Shown here piece after piece: positions 1 through 15,870 of a DNA stretch of 64,000 nt (positions are counted from its first letter, which is position 1; every line of letters begins with the position of its first letter). Position numbers and translations under genes: made by a program. Below the pieces are notes generated by a model. It was not told the DNA's origin and did not search any database. It was given only the letters and a program-made list of their open reading frames with translations. The DNA comes from the human T2T-CHM13v2.0 reference genome, Homo sapiens, in NCBI RefSeq assembly GCF_009914755.1, contig NC_060928.1; one strand, written 5' to 3'.

Positions 1-465
1 CCAATTTCCTGCATCAAAGCAATAAGTAGAGATTGAATGAAATTTTCAACGATCATTAACACTATTCTTAGTTTCGAAAGTATTTGCTTGCTGGGTAGTG
101 CTTTTGGTAATCATTCTCTAAATATTTATATTCCTGTGTCCTATCTTGAAGAAGTTCCTGATGGAAACTGGAAAGCAGAGCATTCACATCCAGGAATGTG
201 GGAACTAAAGGAATTAGGGAAACCTGGAAAGAATCTTACCAGAGAAGCAGTGGGGGCCGGTTAGGGATTGCAAGAGTTCCTGCCCTTTTTCTCTCCCACT
301 TTATTAATCTGGCCTTCCTAACAGAGACACAATATATTAAACAGGAAGGTTAAGAGAGATGGAAGAAAATGCAGGATCAATCCCATCTCCTGCTCATGAA
401 TGATGTCTGGTTTGGAAGAGACCATTTAATTCCCAATTCTGTGGAAAAGTGACCTTTGCGGATGA

Positions 466-606
<141 letters not shown>

Positions 607-649
607 GTTGGAAAATGAAGCCACAAGGCTGGAGGCGTGGAGTTTGCTT

Positions 650-843
650 AATAAACAACTTTGAGGTATGGGGCCCTCCCAACACCCTCCCCCCACCCGC
701 CCCGCCCAGGAACGTCTGGACCCTGGCAGGTTGGCTTTCTGGGACAATTCCATGGGCTTCATTTATCAGTTTTTTCCCTTTTTAATTGGTGGAGAGAGAC
801 AAAAGTTTTTATAATCTTTATTAAATTTTCCTTTTTAAATAAA
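650..843 (+). terminator. Candidate polyadenylation signals for C4orf51
   Basis: AATAAA at 650-655 and 838-843, downstream of the stop codon. Confidence 0.55.
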
Positions 844-889
844 TACTTGGGACCACATTTCTCTGCTAGAACCACAGAAATGGTGCTGC

Positions 890-1600
890 GGCCCCGACCG
901 TCGGGGGCTCCGGCGTCACAGAGCCTGTCCCTTGTATCTGGGAGCCCCGGGGAAGGCGCAGGGGCGTGAGAAATGCTCTTTGTATTCAGAGCGGTCACCC
1001 AGCAGAGCCGGAGCCTTCCACCGCCAGGTTTTCCTCCGCGCAAGGCGCCGCCGGGAAGCGAATTGGCTCCGACAGTCGCGGGGGCGGGGGCGGCCTCAGA
1101 CGCGGCGGGCTCGCGAGCTCAGGGGCGGAGTCGTGGCCCTCCCGTCCCGGCTCCCTCGGTAGGCTGCCTGCGCCCCCAAAGCCGCGCCCACGGCCCGCCC
1201 ACCCGCCGCCTGCCCCTCCCCTCCCCGGTCCGCCTCTTCCCGCTCCTCCCGGCCCGCCGGAGCGGCCGTCTCCTTCTTCCTCCACGGCCCACCTCTTCTC
1301 CCCCACGATCTTCCTCCCCTAGCGTCCACAGGCCGCCTCCGCCGCCTACGACCCTCCTCCTGCTGATTCCCCCCCACCACCGCCCGCCTCGTCGCCCCCG
1401 CGGAGCGCGCGGGAGGGAGGGACCGGGAGCGGCAGGGGCTGCACATGACCTGGGGCGCGGGAAGGAGCCCGCTGCCGTCTAGGCCCGCGAAGGGCCCCGG
1501 CAGCCGCCGACTTCTGAGGAAAAGCAGAACGGTGTTTGGTTTACTAAAGTAGCCGCCTCCTACCACTCTTCCTCCCCAGCCCCGCTCTCTGCTCCCCACA
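890..1600. promoter_or_regulatory. CpG island, promoter-like, with GC boxes
   Basis: Very high GC and CpG density, GGGGCGG boxes (~1081-1093, ~1122-1128) and C-rich tracts, with a sharp transition to AT-rich flanks. Confidence 0.85.
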
Positions 1601-4600
1601 CCCCCTTCCGTTTACTCCTAGTTACCAAGACCGTCCTTCTCTTAGGATTTCTGTTGAATAGAAAATACAATTAAAAGTCGCAGCACCACCCCTGCCTCCC
1701 GCCCCACAAACTCCTAGTGATTATTTTTGTCTCTTAGCCCTAGGTCGGGTTAAATACATTCCCCGGGAGCCATCTGGTCTGATTCCCGGCAACCTTCGTA
1801 TGGTTTCCATTAAGCTCTCCAAAAGCATGCATTGAAAAGGCAGCCCTGTAGCCACTTAGGAACCTCCGGAGTTTTGCCCTGGCCAGCCCCAGTAGACATC
1901 CCAGGCAGAAGGAGAGAAAGGCCTCTGTTTAGGTTCCGAGTCTAGTACCTCATGATCCTGGTTTTAATCTCGAATTTCTTGGCTTTTCCTAGTCCAAGAA
2001 AATACAGTTCTCCAAGGTAATGGCTATCATTAATTCATCATTTGTTTTTTACTATACGCAGAGGATAGCTGATTAGAATTCTGTTTTAATTCTAAAAATG
2101 AAGGCTAACAGCTTTACAGATAGGTTGCAACAGTAACCTGGCCACACAAGTTCAATTTGACCAGCAACATTGGTATGGTGGGGTCTACACCTTCTCGCCT
2201 GTCTGTCCACCATTCCTTAACCCCCAAAAGGCAAAGAACAAATGTTTGCTTGTGGAAACATATTCCCTCACACGTGGGTTAGGGCTTGTGTCCAAGAAAA
2301 AGGGAACCGGCAGGTTCATAGACTCTGAGTGTTGTAACTAGAGTGTTCCTTAGGATTCATCCGAGATGTATATCCATTGATTGAGGACACTCAGAAAGTG
2401 GAGGGGCTTCGGGAAGGTCACGTGGCTGATGAGTACAGTACTGCGGCCTAATTTGGGGATGGGAGGGTGGGGAAGAGACCTGGGCATCAAGAGCTTTATC
2501 ATATACAGCAAGGAAGATTGTGGTCAAACCAATTCATTAGTGGCACATCCTGAATCTCCCCAGTCCCTCAGCCGCAGTCCCATCTCTGTCCTGCTCTGTG
2601 CCTCCCTGTTTGCGGAGTTAGAGCCCTTTGCTGTTCCTCCTGTTTCCCCACTCCCGCCCTGACCGTGTGATTTTTATTTGGGTTTTAAAAATGAAACCAG
2701 GTGCTGCATAAAACAAAAGCAAAGTAATAACAAGGAAAGACTAGCCAACGCCTGAGGAATGTGCTGAGTTTTATGACTCAGGCTGTCCTGGCAAAGAGCT
2801 TGGACTGACAGCGAGAGGTGGGTGCCACGGAGCACAGACCATACATGGCAGCCCTGGCCTCCCCAGATAGGCATGGTCAAGGCAGCCTGTGACTCATTTC
2901 ACAAAACCAGAGACTCTTGTTCTTTGTGGAGCAAGACTTCCCGGAGGCTAGAGCAGGATGATTGTCAACTTTTCTTCTTAGAGCCGGTTCAGTCTGATAA
3001 AGCAGGGGCCACCCCGGAGTTTGGAGGGGAAGAGAGCCCAGGCACAAGGCCATCCCTGGGAAAGAAACAGGCTTGATGCACTTGGGCGAGGGCTTTGGTG
3101 CAGTGAGGAGATGAATAACATGGAAGTTGCAACGTGACATGAAAATTAGCATGTATTGTAGTGGAGACAATGGCTTGAGAGTTCCAGGTCGGGGATTGCC
3201 ACAGTGCCTTGGAGAAGGGGACTGTTGGAGTGCTCCTAAGCCTGGAGGAGGTGTTTGCTCCTCCTGAGTGCATGGAGCACAGGAAAAGATTGTCAGATGC
3301 CAGTAGGGTTTCCGAGGTGCCATTCCTCACGCAATCTGGAAGAGTAACTATGGGCAAAATAGTAGACTTTGCATAAACACCCAGAGAGCCACCCAGGCAC
3401 ACATCCTCACATTGTGAGAATTCTTTTCAAATGAGCATAGTAATGGGATGAGGTGTACATTTTTTTCTGTTACTAAGAGACAGACTGGGAGAGTGAGAAT
3501 GCAAAGGAGAATGTCTCTCCTAGCAGAGGTGGTGGGAGGGGTTGGAATTTGGATGACAAGGATCTGTTTGTGCCGCCTTCATTACACAGGCCTGAGTGGA
3601 ATGGGACTGATAGGGCTTCTTCTGGTTTCTGCTTCTGGTTTCTTCTTCCCAGAGAAGGCTGTCACTTTTTGAATGAGAATGAACTTTGGCTGGCATAAAT
3701 GAGGTCTTCGTGCAGCAGCCCTATGGAACAGGGACTTGTTTTTCCTTATCTTCTTTCTCTTTTTCTTTTCCTTTCCATGGAATACCCATTGAAAAGCTAT
3801 GGTGACTATTCCATAATTGCAGGCAAAGCTCTGCTTAACTTGTTCCTTAAAGTCTACTTACCTGGAAAAATAAAGTCTTTTAAGGACGATGACTTCATAA
3901 ATATTTATAGTGGGAACAGGCATCACTCTGGTTCTGCGAGAGAATGGGCTCATTCAATTTTATTTATGATGTGACACTTGGGTGAGTGACATCCGTCATC
4001 TGGGTCAGCCCTACACTCTGTTCCAGTGAAGCATGTTTATGGAGTGATTATGCCTGCAAATATTTGCTATATTTAGGCCCTCTCCTCCCCTAACCCCCTC
4101 TTAGACTTCTTAAGTCCCCAAACCAGCAAAAAGCCAAGCTATGGTCTGGAAGGTTTGAACCCTAATGACAAGGCACAGGGGCTTGAACACGTGCTGTAGA
4201 AGGATTTGACGAACTGGGAGGCAATTAGAGTGGGAACACTGTTATTATAGCATTCCTATATTCAGGAGGTTTTGCTGGTCCTGTGTCTAGCAGGTGAGCG
4301 CTCTCAGCTAGGCATGAGGAGTTTTGACAGGTGACGAGCACAGCCCTGAGTGACGAATGCAGAAGGATGCTTTTGAAACTCTTTCCTTCCCAGGGAGCTT
4401 TCTCTGGACAGGATTTCACAGGCCCTCAGATCTGTCACCATGCACCCTGGGGCTTTAGGGGCAGGACCTGATAGGGACTCTGTGACCTGAGCTGGGTCAA
4501 GGTCTGGGTGTAACCTGAGGCCTCCTCTCAGCCACACCTGGTCCATGGCTGGGCGCAACAGCTGCCGTCCATCAGCTGTGGAGCAGGGAGGGCCTTCTCT

Positions 4601-6213
4601 GGCTTCCTGGCTTTCGAGTGCACATGCCCTGACCTAGGCATTTCAGGCTGGACTTAGACATACTTCAGGACTCAATATTTGCTCTCCAATCGGCTTGGCC
4701 ATCTATTGTTTATCCTGGGAAGGGCCAGGTCTTGGCACAGGAGCCTGAAGCGTTGCCAGTGTTTTATTTTTAGAGACAGGAAAATGTCTGCTTTTTGGCA
4801 GCTGCTCTTTTTCTGGCACACATCAGGGATGGTGTAAAAAAGTTCAAGTGAGAGATTCCAAGCCCTAAATTCACGGCCTATGACACAGGCAATAGCACCA
4901 TGAGCCTCTCAATAGGCGCCTTTGGGGAACCTAGGATCTGTCATTAGAAGGCCTTCTGGGCAGAATAGTGGCCTCCCTGCCACACCCTGGCGGCGAGAGT
5001 CCTCTCTAGTTCATAAACCTCAGAGTCTGAACTTCTCGTGAGTCCCTTTTGAATGCATCAGCCGATCTGAACTATTATAGTTCTTACCTCCATTCATCTC
5101 CTTATCTACCAGTCCATAATCTGGTTCAACTTGGTAGGCAGAGTTAAAAAAAAAAAAAGTCTGCTAAATTTCATGTTCATCAACCCTTCTTAGACCCAAT
5201 GACGTTGTCATCATAATGATTGTAGAAGACAGCCAGTGTACATGGCAAGAAATATCTTACTAGATTCAGGGATCACATTTCCAAGTTTTATTGGAATTAA
5301 TATTTGTCTTAACATAGCCCTCTTAAAACATATTTTTGTAGGTCCTGTGATTCTAGCTGCTGACAATTTATAGGAAAGCATTTTGCAAACTATAGTGACA
5401 TATTATGCAAAGGTAAAATGGAATATAAATAAAGAATTATTATCTTCTTTTCTCCCCAACCTTTGAAAAACGATTACTTTCTAATTACAAAAATAAAACA
5501 TGAATAAGTTCTTCTTTACTGCTTATAGCCCATCATTACCTTTTGGATTCATTTTTCTTCCTGCTGGAGCACATCTTTGGTAGATTTTCTTTTGCTTTTC
5601 CTCCCTTCTCCATCAGAGTGGGTAATACATTTTTCTAAGGGCTTGTATGTCTGAGAAGATATTTTGCTCTCTCTCTCTGCATGTTAGCTTGGCTTGTTAT
5701 AGAACTCTAAGTTCAAATTGATTTTTCCTGAGCATTTCTAAGCTATTCCATCATTTTCTTGAGACTGCTTTGGTTGATGAGCAGTATCCTTTTGATCTGA
5801 CTCTCACTCCTTCGTAGATAATCCTCTGTATCCTCTTGTACCTTTTAGGATTGCCTTTTTCACCTCAATGCTCTGGAGTTTTGTTTTGATATCACTATGT
5901 ATGAATTTATTTTTAAAGTTTATCCTGCTTGGTAATGATAGGCTCTTTCAATCTGAGTGTTCATGTTCTAAAATATGGGGTGGAAACCAGACAGGTTAAA
6001 TTCATCTGTATAGTAAAATGCTGAGGAAGAAAGGAAAGAAACTGTGTGGCTTGAGTGTTGGGAGGAATTTTAAGGGGTTATAGAGAGAGCAAGAGAGTAA
6101 GGCTTGGAGAGATTCATTGTTAGTTGGTTCCTGCTGGAGCACATCCTTGATAGAGAAAAATGTGTAAAGAAGACTTTTTAAGCTCTTTGGATGCATATTA
6201 AAAATATACTCCC

Positions 6214-6627
<414 letters not shown>

Positions 6628-6685
6628 CTAAACCACAAGACTGAACCATAAGACTACTTTAAATTAATATGAATTATATAATCAA

Positions 6686-7008
<323 letters not shown>

Positions 7009-7460
7009 TAGGCAAATAGCCTTCTTTCATTCTGTCCTTGTCCCTTCCCTTCCCTCACACTGTCCAGGCTACAGTTTCTTTTTACATAATGAAAGATTCT
7101 TTTACAGAATGAGATGGAGTTAGATGCTCTAAAGTCTTGCTGTTTCTCTACAACTCTCTTTCTCTTAGTCATTTGTCATCGACCTACCTAAACACTTTCT
7201 TTTATGGCTAATAGCTTATAAGAAGCATACACAAATACTTTGTCCACTCATTTAGTAATATAATTTCTCACCAGATGAGTTGTCATGTATAGATTATAGA
7301 TTTGGTCAGAAAAGACTGTGCAGTGACCAAAGTTATAGCAATTTAGGACTCTTAGCTTGAGATCCAGAATGCGAAGCTCTGCTTACCTCCCCAGAAGTTT
7401 ACTACTCCAGACTGAGGAATTCATCCCATAGATTGTCTTGGTCCACCCATAGAAGTTAAT

Positions 7461-8071
7461 GTGTGGCACAGAGCGTCAAGATTTGGGAAAGGCTCAAACA
7501 CAAACTGATATTCAACCAACAATAGCATCTCTGACCAAATGAAGGCAGGAGATACAAACAAAATCATATTATGACTTTTCACTCTCTTCTTGAAACATAA
7601 TCATTGAATTGGCTTTTATTTTATCATGTGCATGTATTATCTTTTAGAAAGCACTAAAAACAATTGTTAAACTTTTAAAAGTATAAGGACAATAGAATAA
7701 TTATTGAGAGTCCAAATTCTCCCAGGAGATTTGAATTATTTGAGAGCTTTTTCCTCTACTTCTAATATCCACACTAAAGTGTTTGATATGATGAGACAGT
7801 AAACATATGCAGCCTGTATAATCTGAATTACTCTCCTGACTAAAAGGTAGAGATACAGTCGCTGAGGCCCAACACCCCTGACAACTATTGAGCTCCTAGT
7901 TGTTAGATGCTGCTACTCTCACTAGATTTTGAGATATGCATAGTCTCTGCCTGAGTATGTGGGGATGCAGTGTGACCTAGAGGAGGGAGATCTGGGAAAG
8001 GCTCAACGTGGAACTGGTATTCAACCAGCAATAGCATCTCTGAGCAAATGAAGGCAGAAGATGCAAACAAA
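7461..8071 (+). repeat. Local direct duplication of ~100 bp (7461-7563 and 7970-8071)
   Basis: Both copies share gggaaaggctcaa...tattcaacca.caatagcatctctga.caaatgaaggcag.agat.caaacaaa. Confidence 0.85.
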
Positions 8072-9710
8072 CGTTAAGTTCAGAGTCCGCTGACATTGGA
8101 AGCCAGCCAGGTGAAAACCGTTCACGTGGATCTTCAAGGGAGTCAGGCATTTCTTAGAGTTGCCATCAGCATTTCTTCTTTTCTGGAATGTAAAGTTTCC
8201 TTCACTTTGTATGTAACTAGGGCTCTATCTGTATCCAGAGAGGGTGAAATGCTTTCCAAATTATAGCTATCTCTCCCTTTCTGCAAAAAAAAAAAAAAAG
8301 ACAAAAAATAAAAAAAAGTGACAATGTGAGGTTTTCAAAACTGCATTTTACAAAAGAAGAACTATGCATTTACTTTATAATTTCAAATGCTATATTTTCC
8401 ATTTTTGGTTAATCTGTAATTAATTGTGGCTCCTAACTCATCGGGTTTCCTACAGTCCCCTTCATCTTTTCTCCAACCTTTATGTTAAACAGTTAATGCT
8501 CTATACATTATATAAATACCCTTCTGAAATTCAGTGCCCAAGGAAAAACCCACTTTTAAAGAGAGGGATTCTGAATAATAACCACCCCTTGTTTTGAAAA
8601 TACAGGTTTTCATAAAACAGCATTTGTAAAAGCAGGTCCACCTCTAGAGAACATGTGACAAGTATCTAGCAGATGTCATTACTGCAAAGTACTCCCCTCA
8701 AAACCCTTAAATTTTCACTTCTTCTGGATTTGCCGCTTTAATGGAAGAGCCCACCATGGCGACACATGCTCTGCCTCTCAAAGTGTGGTCTGCAAGGCTT
8801 TGCCAGATGGTCTCCTTCAGAGTAAATGCTTTCAATATGATAATGTTTATATTTGTGATTCTGTCATGAACTAATAATTTTCTCATGATAGTTCATAAAA
8901 AACAGATTATTTCATTTCTATCTCATAAAACCCAGTACCTTTCCTCCCATTCTATCTGATGAGGGTGATTTTTTTTCCCATTGGTGAGGTAGCAGTGAGT
9001 GTGGGGAGGATTATGGAGCTGCAGCTGTCTCCACGGCTGAAGTGGTGTCCAGCCTAGAATTTGAGATCCCCTCCTCCTCCTCACAAAGGTCAGGCTTGCA
9101 ATGCATCAGAAAAGGATAGTTTGTCAGGGTAACAGAGACCAGGGCTCCAACATAAACAATCTCTCTGAAACTTCAAGGTTTACCTTTTAGCTGTAATATT
9201 CCGGAATTTGGTGGCTGAGTCTGGGGCTCTCTGGCCGTATCCATCATGTTTTCTTAGAGGCTGATCATATTCCCTTCTAATCCTTCATTTTTCCAGTCTA
9301 GAATACTTATTTTATAACTCTTGCCACAGCAGAGGGGTGAGGGGTAGGGCGACTTTTCATCCTTTGACCTTTTTTTATTTTAAAACTTTTTTGGACTCTT
9401 TGTATTTAGGAGACGAGGTACTAAATTTTATCTGTGTAGCCCTCTTTTCCTGTGGATATTTGGCTAACAGAAACTGGTCCTGGTGGGCAGCAATAGTAGG
9501 GATGGTATGAAGATGGATGGCCTACACTTCAAAGGGTGACTTGATAGAAAAAGATATGGAAAATTAGTTTGGAGTGTGGCTGGAGATTATAATGCCACTA
9601 GTTTACTCTTCTTCAAAGGAATGTGAAGTAGGGAGTGGGAAAAGGTTAGATTTCCCTGAGAGAGAAGGAAAGCTTTGGGGTCTTTTGGCGAGAGCTAGGA
9701 TGCATTAACT

Positions 9711-10035
<325 letters not shown>

Positions 10036-10512
10036 TAACTTTATTTCTTTCAGTACTAAACTCAATACAAGGGTAGACTTTTCTCTTTGTTGCCAGCATC
10101 TCACCATCTACTCATTCTGTAACCTACTGGAATTTAGCTTCCACTTCTAACCTGTCATTGAATCTGCATCCTTAAAGATCACCAATGGCCATCAAATTGA
10201 TACAGGCTATGAGATTCAGCCTCACTCTACTCATCCTTCTGTATGATTTCACATAAAAGTCTCTCTACTGTTGGGTTCTCTAGCAATGTTGTGCTTGTCT
10301 CTGGCTTCTCTGTTTCTTCTCATTCTCATGTGTTGACAACTCCTCCTCTTTCTTCTCCTCCATTAAAGCCATCTCCTAAGGTTCTGTCATTGGTGCCTTT
10401 GTTTTTGCTGTTGTTGCTGCTGCTGCTGTTTCTTCCATGGTGTTACCACCCTCTCCACTGTCTTCAAATGTCATCTTTGCTCCAACAAGTCTCATCATGA
10501 ACTTTCTTCTGA

Positions 10513-10865
<353 letters not shown>

Positions 10866-11235
10866 AGAGCATTTTCTTCTAGACAGGAAACTATTGTGAT
10901 CCACCTGGTGAGGATGCTAAGAATCTGCACAAGGATGTTAAGAGTGGAAAAGACAGGAGAGAGTCATAAAAATATTTGGCAGATAAAATAAACAGAGCTC
11001 TTTGATGGATTAACTATCCAAAGAGCAAGAGGAAGAAAAAGAAGTAGGAGAGCTAGAAGGGGACAAAGCTGACCCCAAGTTTTATAGGTTAGGTAAGTTG
11101 GAGGATAGGTGTGCCCTTACTGGAGTAAGAAATACATGGTAAGGGTCAGATTTAAGGGAGAAGATGATGACTTCAGTTTAGGACATTTGGAACATACCTC
11201 ATCTCTGTCTTTTTTGCCTTTTGAGTCTTCCCTTC

Positions 11236-11630
11236 TGTCTTAGTCTGTTTTGTGTTGCTGTAACAAAATACCCGAGACTATATCATTTATAATAAACAGA
11301 AACTTATTTGGCTCATGGTTCTAAAGGTGGGAAAGTCTAAGATCAAGGGGCCAGCATCTTGTGAAGGCTTTCTTGCTGCATCATCCCATGGCAGAAGGTG
11401 GGAGGGCAAGAGAACACATGAGAGACAGAAGGGGAAGCGGGCTTAACTCATCTTTTTATGAAGATCCTGCTCCTGAGATAACAAAGCCATGCCTGTGATA
11501 ACGGCATTAATCCATTTCTGAGGGCAAAGACCACATGAGCTAATCACCTCTTCAAGGTACTGTCTCTCAACACAGCTACATTAGGGATTAAGTTTTCAAC
11601 ACATGAACTTTGGGAGATTCAAACCATAGG
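11236..11630 (-). mobile_element. MaLR solo LTR (MST-type)
   Basis: tgtcttagtctgttttgtgttgctgtaacaaaatac...aacacatgaactttggg...caaaccatag is typical of a reverse-oriented MST/MLT1 LTR. Confidence 0.8.
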
Positions 11631-11639
11631 ACTTTCTTA

Positions 11640-12180
11640 GTGCTGCTAGAATTATCTTCCTAAAATGCAGATCTAATTCATGCCATTCGCCTCAAAATTT
11701 TTTGTTAGCTCTTACTAACTACAGAGTAGTTTAGGCATTCAGTCTCCTTGACAGGGATTTGAAGCCCTACACAAGCTGTCTTTGTTTGGTTTCATTGTAA
11801 TCTTCTAGCACAACAGAATCCACCAAGCAATTTCTCACCTTCTTGCCTTTGCTCAAGCTGTTCTCTCAATCTGGAATGCCCTCCCCAATTTTTCTGTGTA
11901 TGGAAATCCCACTCATTCTTTAGATTGCAGCTTGCATGCTACATCCTCCATAATGCCTCCTCCCACCACAGTTAGAATCTGTCATTCTTTATTCAATATT
12001 TTCACAGCAATTTATGTGTATTTTTCCTTGTATTATAATGCATATGCTCAAACACGCATTTCTTCTATTGGTTAGTAAACTCCTTAAAGCTGGGAAATGT
12101 ATCTTATTTATTTCCATTCCTTATCAGCTGCCAACACACGATTTTCCATATATTTGTTGCTCATTAAATAATAAATGAAA
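11640..12180. mobile_element. Old LINE-2-like fragments
   Basis: Degenerate L2 3'-end-like motifs (gcctttgctcaagctgttctctc..ctggaatgccctcccc, ttgctcattaaataataaatgaa). Confidence 0.5.
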
Positions 12181-12565
12181 AAGAGAGGGAGACATTGATC
12201 ATGGTTAGCGTGGAGGGGGAATCTTGGGGGGAGAAATGGTTGGTAAGGTAGGCTGGGACTTGCTTTAGAATATGTTCAACTGGGATGGAAACTTTGGGCT
12301 CTGAAGAAAAGGGATAGGGAATAATGATGAGGGTGGCAATGGATTATGGGTAATGTGAAGGGCTTATATTTAAACAAAGGATCCTGTGATACAAAATCAT
12401 TCGTGTACACATTTAGCTTCTTATCCACAGGCAGATAAACCAAATTGTTAAGTCCTTCGGCAGGAAATTATTACTCTGCCCATTTAATTGTAACCCCAAC
12501 TCTTGAATATTTCACTATTGCTGCTACTATGTCTATTGTCTGATGCCATAAAGAGATGGGACCTT

Positions 12566-12926
<361 letters not shown>

Positions 12927-15674
12927 CTATGGTGATAATCTATTGCTATGCCCATTTATTTAATTGTAGAAAAGGTGAGCAAGGAGGTATTCATTCTGAT
13001 TAATAAGATATCTTTGACCCTTAGTTTTTCTTTTCATACATTTTCATCAATCTGTTTTTATATTAAATAGAACAAAGAAAAAATGAAAAATTTTGTCTTT
13101 AAACAATTATTTTAATGGGTACATAGTAGGTATATATACTTATGGGGTAGATGAGATAATTTGATGCAGCATGCAATGCATAACAATCACGTCAGGGTAA
13201 ATGGGGTATCCATCACCCAAGCATGTATCCTTTGTGTTGCAAACAATCCAATTATTCTCTTTTAGTTATTATAAAATGTACAATTAGATTATCATCGACT
13301 ATAAGACACACTGTTGTGGTATCAAATACTAGGTCTTATTCATTCATTTTTTTTTTTTTTTGGTACCCATTAGCCATTCCCACTTCCCCCTAACCCCCTA
13401 GAACCCTTCCCAGACTCTGGTAATCATTCTTCTACTCTCCATCTCCATGAGTTCAATTGTTTTAACTTTTAGATCCCACAAATATGTAAGAACATGTCAA
13501 ATTTGTCTATGTCCAGCTTATTTCACTTAACATAACAATCTCCAGTTCCATCTATGCTGTTGCAAATGATTGGATCTCATTCTTCTTTATAGCTGAATAG
13601 TACTCCATTGTGTATATTTACCACATTTTCTTTATCCTTTCATCTGTTGATGGACACTTAGGTTGCTTCCAAATCTTGGCTATTGTGAACAGTGGCGTGA
13701 GAAATATGGAAGTGCTGATACCTCTTCAATATACTGATTTCTTTTCCTTTGGGTATATACCTAGCAGTGAAATTGCTGGATCATATGGTGGCTCTATTTT
13801 TAGTTTTTTGAGGAACCTCCAAACTGTTCTCCATAGTGGTTGTACTAATTTACATTCCCACCAACAGTGTACTAGGGTTCCCTTTTCTCTACATCCTCAC
13901 CAGCATTTGTTGTTGCCTGTCTTTTGGATAAAAGCCATTTTAACTTGGGCGAGATGATATCTCATTGTAGTTTTGGTTTGCATTTCTCTGATGATCAGTG
14001 ATCACTTTTTCATAAGCCTGTTTGCCATTTGTATGTCTTCTTTTGAGAAATATGTATTCAAATCTTTTGCCCATTTTAAAATCAGATTATTATAAATTTT
14101 TTTCTATGGAGTTGTTTGAACTCCTTATATATTCTGATTACTAATCCCTTGTCAGATGGGTAGTTTGCAAATGTTTTCTCCCATTCTGTGGGTTATCTCT
14201 TCACTTTGTTTCCTTTGGTGTGGAGAAGCTTTTAACTTGATGTGATCCCATTTGCCCATATTTGTTTTAGTTGCCTGTGCTTGTGGGGTATAACTCAAGA
14301 AATCTTTGCCCGCTCCAGTGTCTTGGAGAGTTTTCCCAATGTTTTCTTTTAGTTTCATATTTTGAGATCTTAGATACTAGTCTTTAATCCATTTTTATTT
14401 GATTTTTGTATATAGTGAGAAATAAGGGTCTAGTTTTATTCTTCTGCATATGGATATCTAGTTTTCCCAGTGCCATTTATTGTAGAGACCATCTTTCCCC
14501 CCAAGGTATGTTCTTGGCACCTTTGTCAAAATGAGCTCACTGTAGATGCCTGGACATGTTTCTGGTTCTCTATTTTGTTCCATTGGTCTGTAGGTCTGTT
14601 TTTATGCCAGTACCATGCTGTTTTGATTACTACAGCCATGTAGTGTAATTTGAAGTCACATAATGTAATTCCTCTAGTTTTGTTTTTATTGTTCAGGATA
14701 GCTTTGGCTATTCTGGGTCTTTTGTGGTTCTATATACACTTTAGAATTTTTTTTTTCTATTTCTTTGAAGAGTGCTGTTGGTATTTTGGTAAGGATTGCA
14801 TTGAATCTGTACATTGCTGTGGGTAGTATGGACATTTTAACAATATTGATTCTTGCAATCCACAAACATGGAATACCTTTCTTTTTTGTGTCCTCTTCAA
14901 TTTCTTGCATTAAGGTTTTATAATTTTCATTGTAGAGATCTTTCACTTCTTTGATTAATTTCTAGGTATCATTTTATTTGTAGCTATTGTAAATGGGATC
15001 CCTTTTTAAATTTCTTTTTCAGACTGTTTGCTGTTGGCATATAGAAATGCTACTGATTTTTGTACGTTGATTTTGTATTCTGCAGCTTTACTGAATTTAT
15101 CAGTTCTAATAGTTTTTTGGTGGAGTCTAGGTTTTTTAAAATATAAGGTCCTATCATCTGCAAACAAGGATAATTTAACTTCTTTCTTTCCAATTTGGAT
15201 GCCCTGTCTTTCTCTTGTCTGATTGCTCTAGCTATGGCTTCCAGTACTATGTTGAATAACAGTGGTAAAAGTAGGCATCTTTGTTGTGTTCCATATCTTA
15301 GAGGAAAAGCTTTCAGTTTTTCCCCATTCAGTATGATACTAGCTGTGGATCTGTCATATATGGCTCTAATTATGTTGAGGAGTATTCCTTCTGTGCCCAG
15401 TTTTTTGAGGTTTTTTTTTTTTTATCATGAAGTGGTGTTGAATTTTAACAATGCTTTTTCCGCATTAATCAAAATGATCATATGGTTTTTGTCTTCTATT
15501 CTGTTGATATGATATATTACATTGATTGATTTGCATATGTTGAGCCACGTTTACATTCCTGAGATAAATCCCACTTGGTAATGATGAATAATCCTTTTAA
15601 TGTGTCATTAAATTCAGTTTGCTAGTGTTTTGTTGAAGATTTTTTCATCAATATCAGTGACATTGATCTTTAGT

Positions 15675-15870
15675 CTCCCTTCCTCCCCCCTTCTTTCCCT
15701 CCCTCCCTCCCTTCCTTCCTTCCTTCTTTCCTTCCTTCCTTCCTCTCTCTCTTTCTCTTTTTCTTTTCCTTCCTTCCTTCCTTCCTCTCTCTTTTCCTTT
15801 TGCTTCCTTCCCTCCTTCCTTCCTTGCCACCCTCCCTCCCTCCTTCTTTCTTGTTTTTCTTTCTTTCATG
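15675..15870. repeat. (CCTT)n/(CT)n polypyrimidine microsatellite inside the L1
   Basis: About 195 bp of nearly pure C/T. Confidence 0.95.

Noticed and set aside
661-1599. Several overlapping 76-169 aa ORFs on both strands in the CpG island
   Set aside because: They are Pro/Arg/Gly-rich low-complexity frames expected from stop-poor GC-rich DNA, mostly with non-ATG starts and no domain signal.
4978-4998. CTCF-like motif cacaccctggcggc
   Set aside because: It is only a partial match and cannot be supported without motif scoring or ChIP data.
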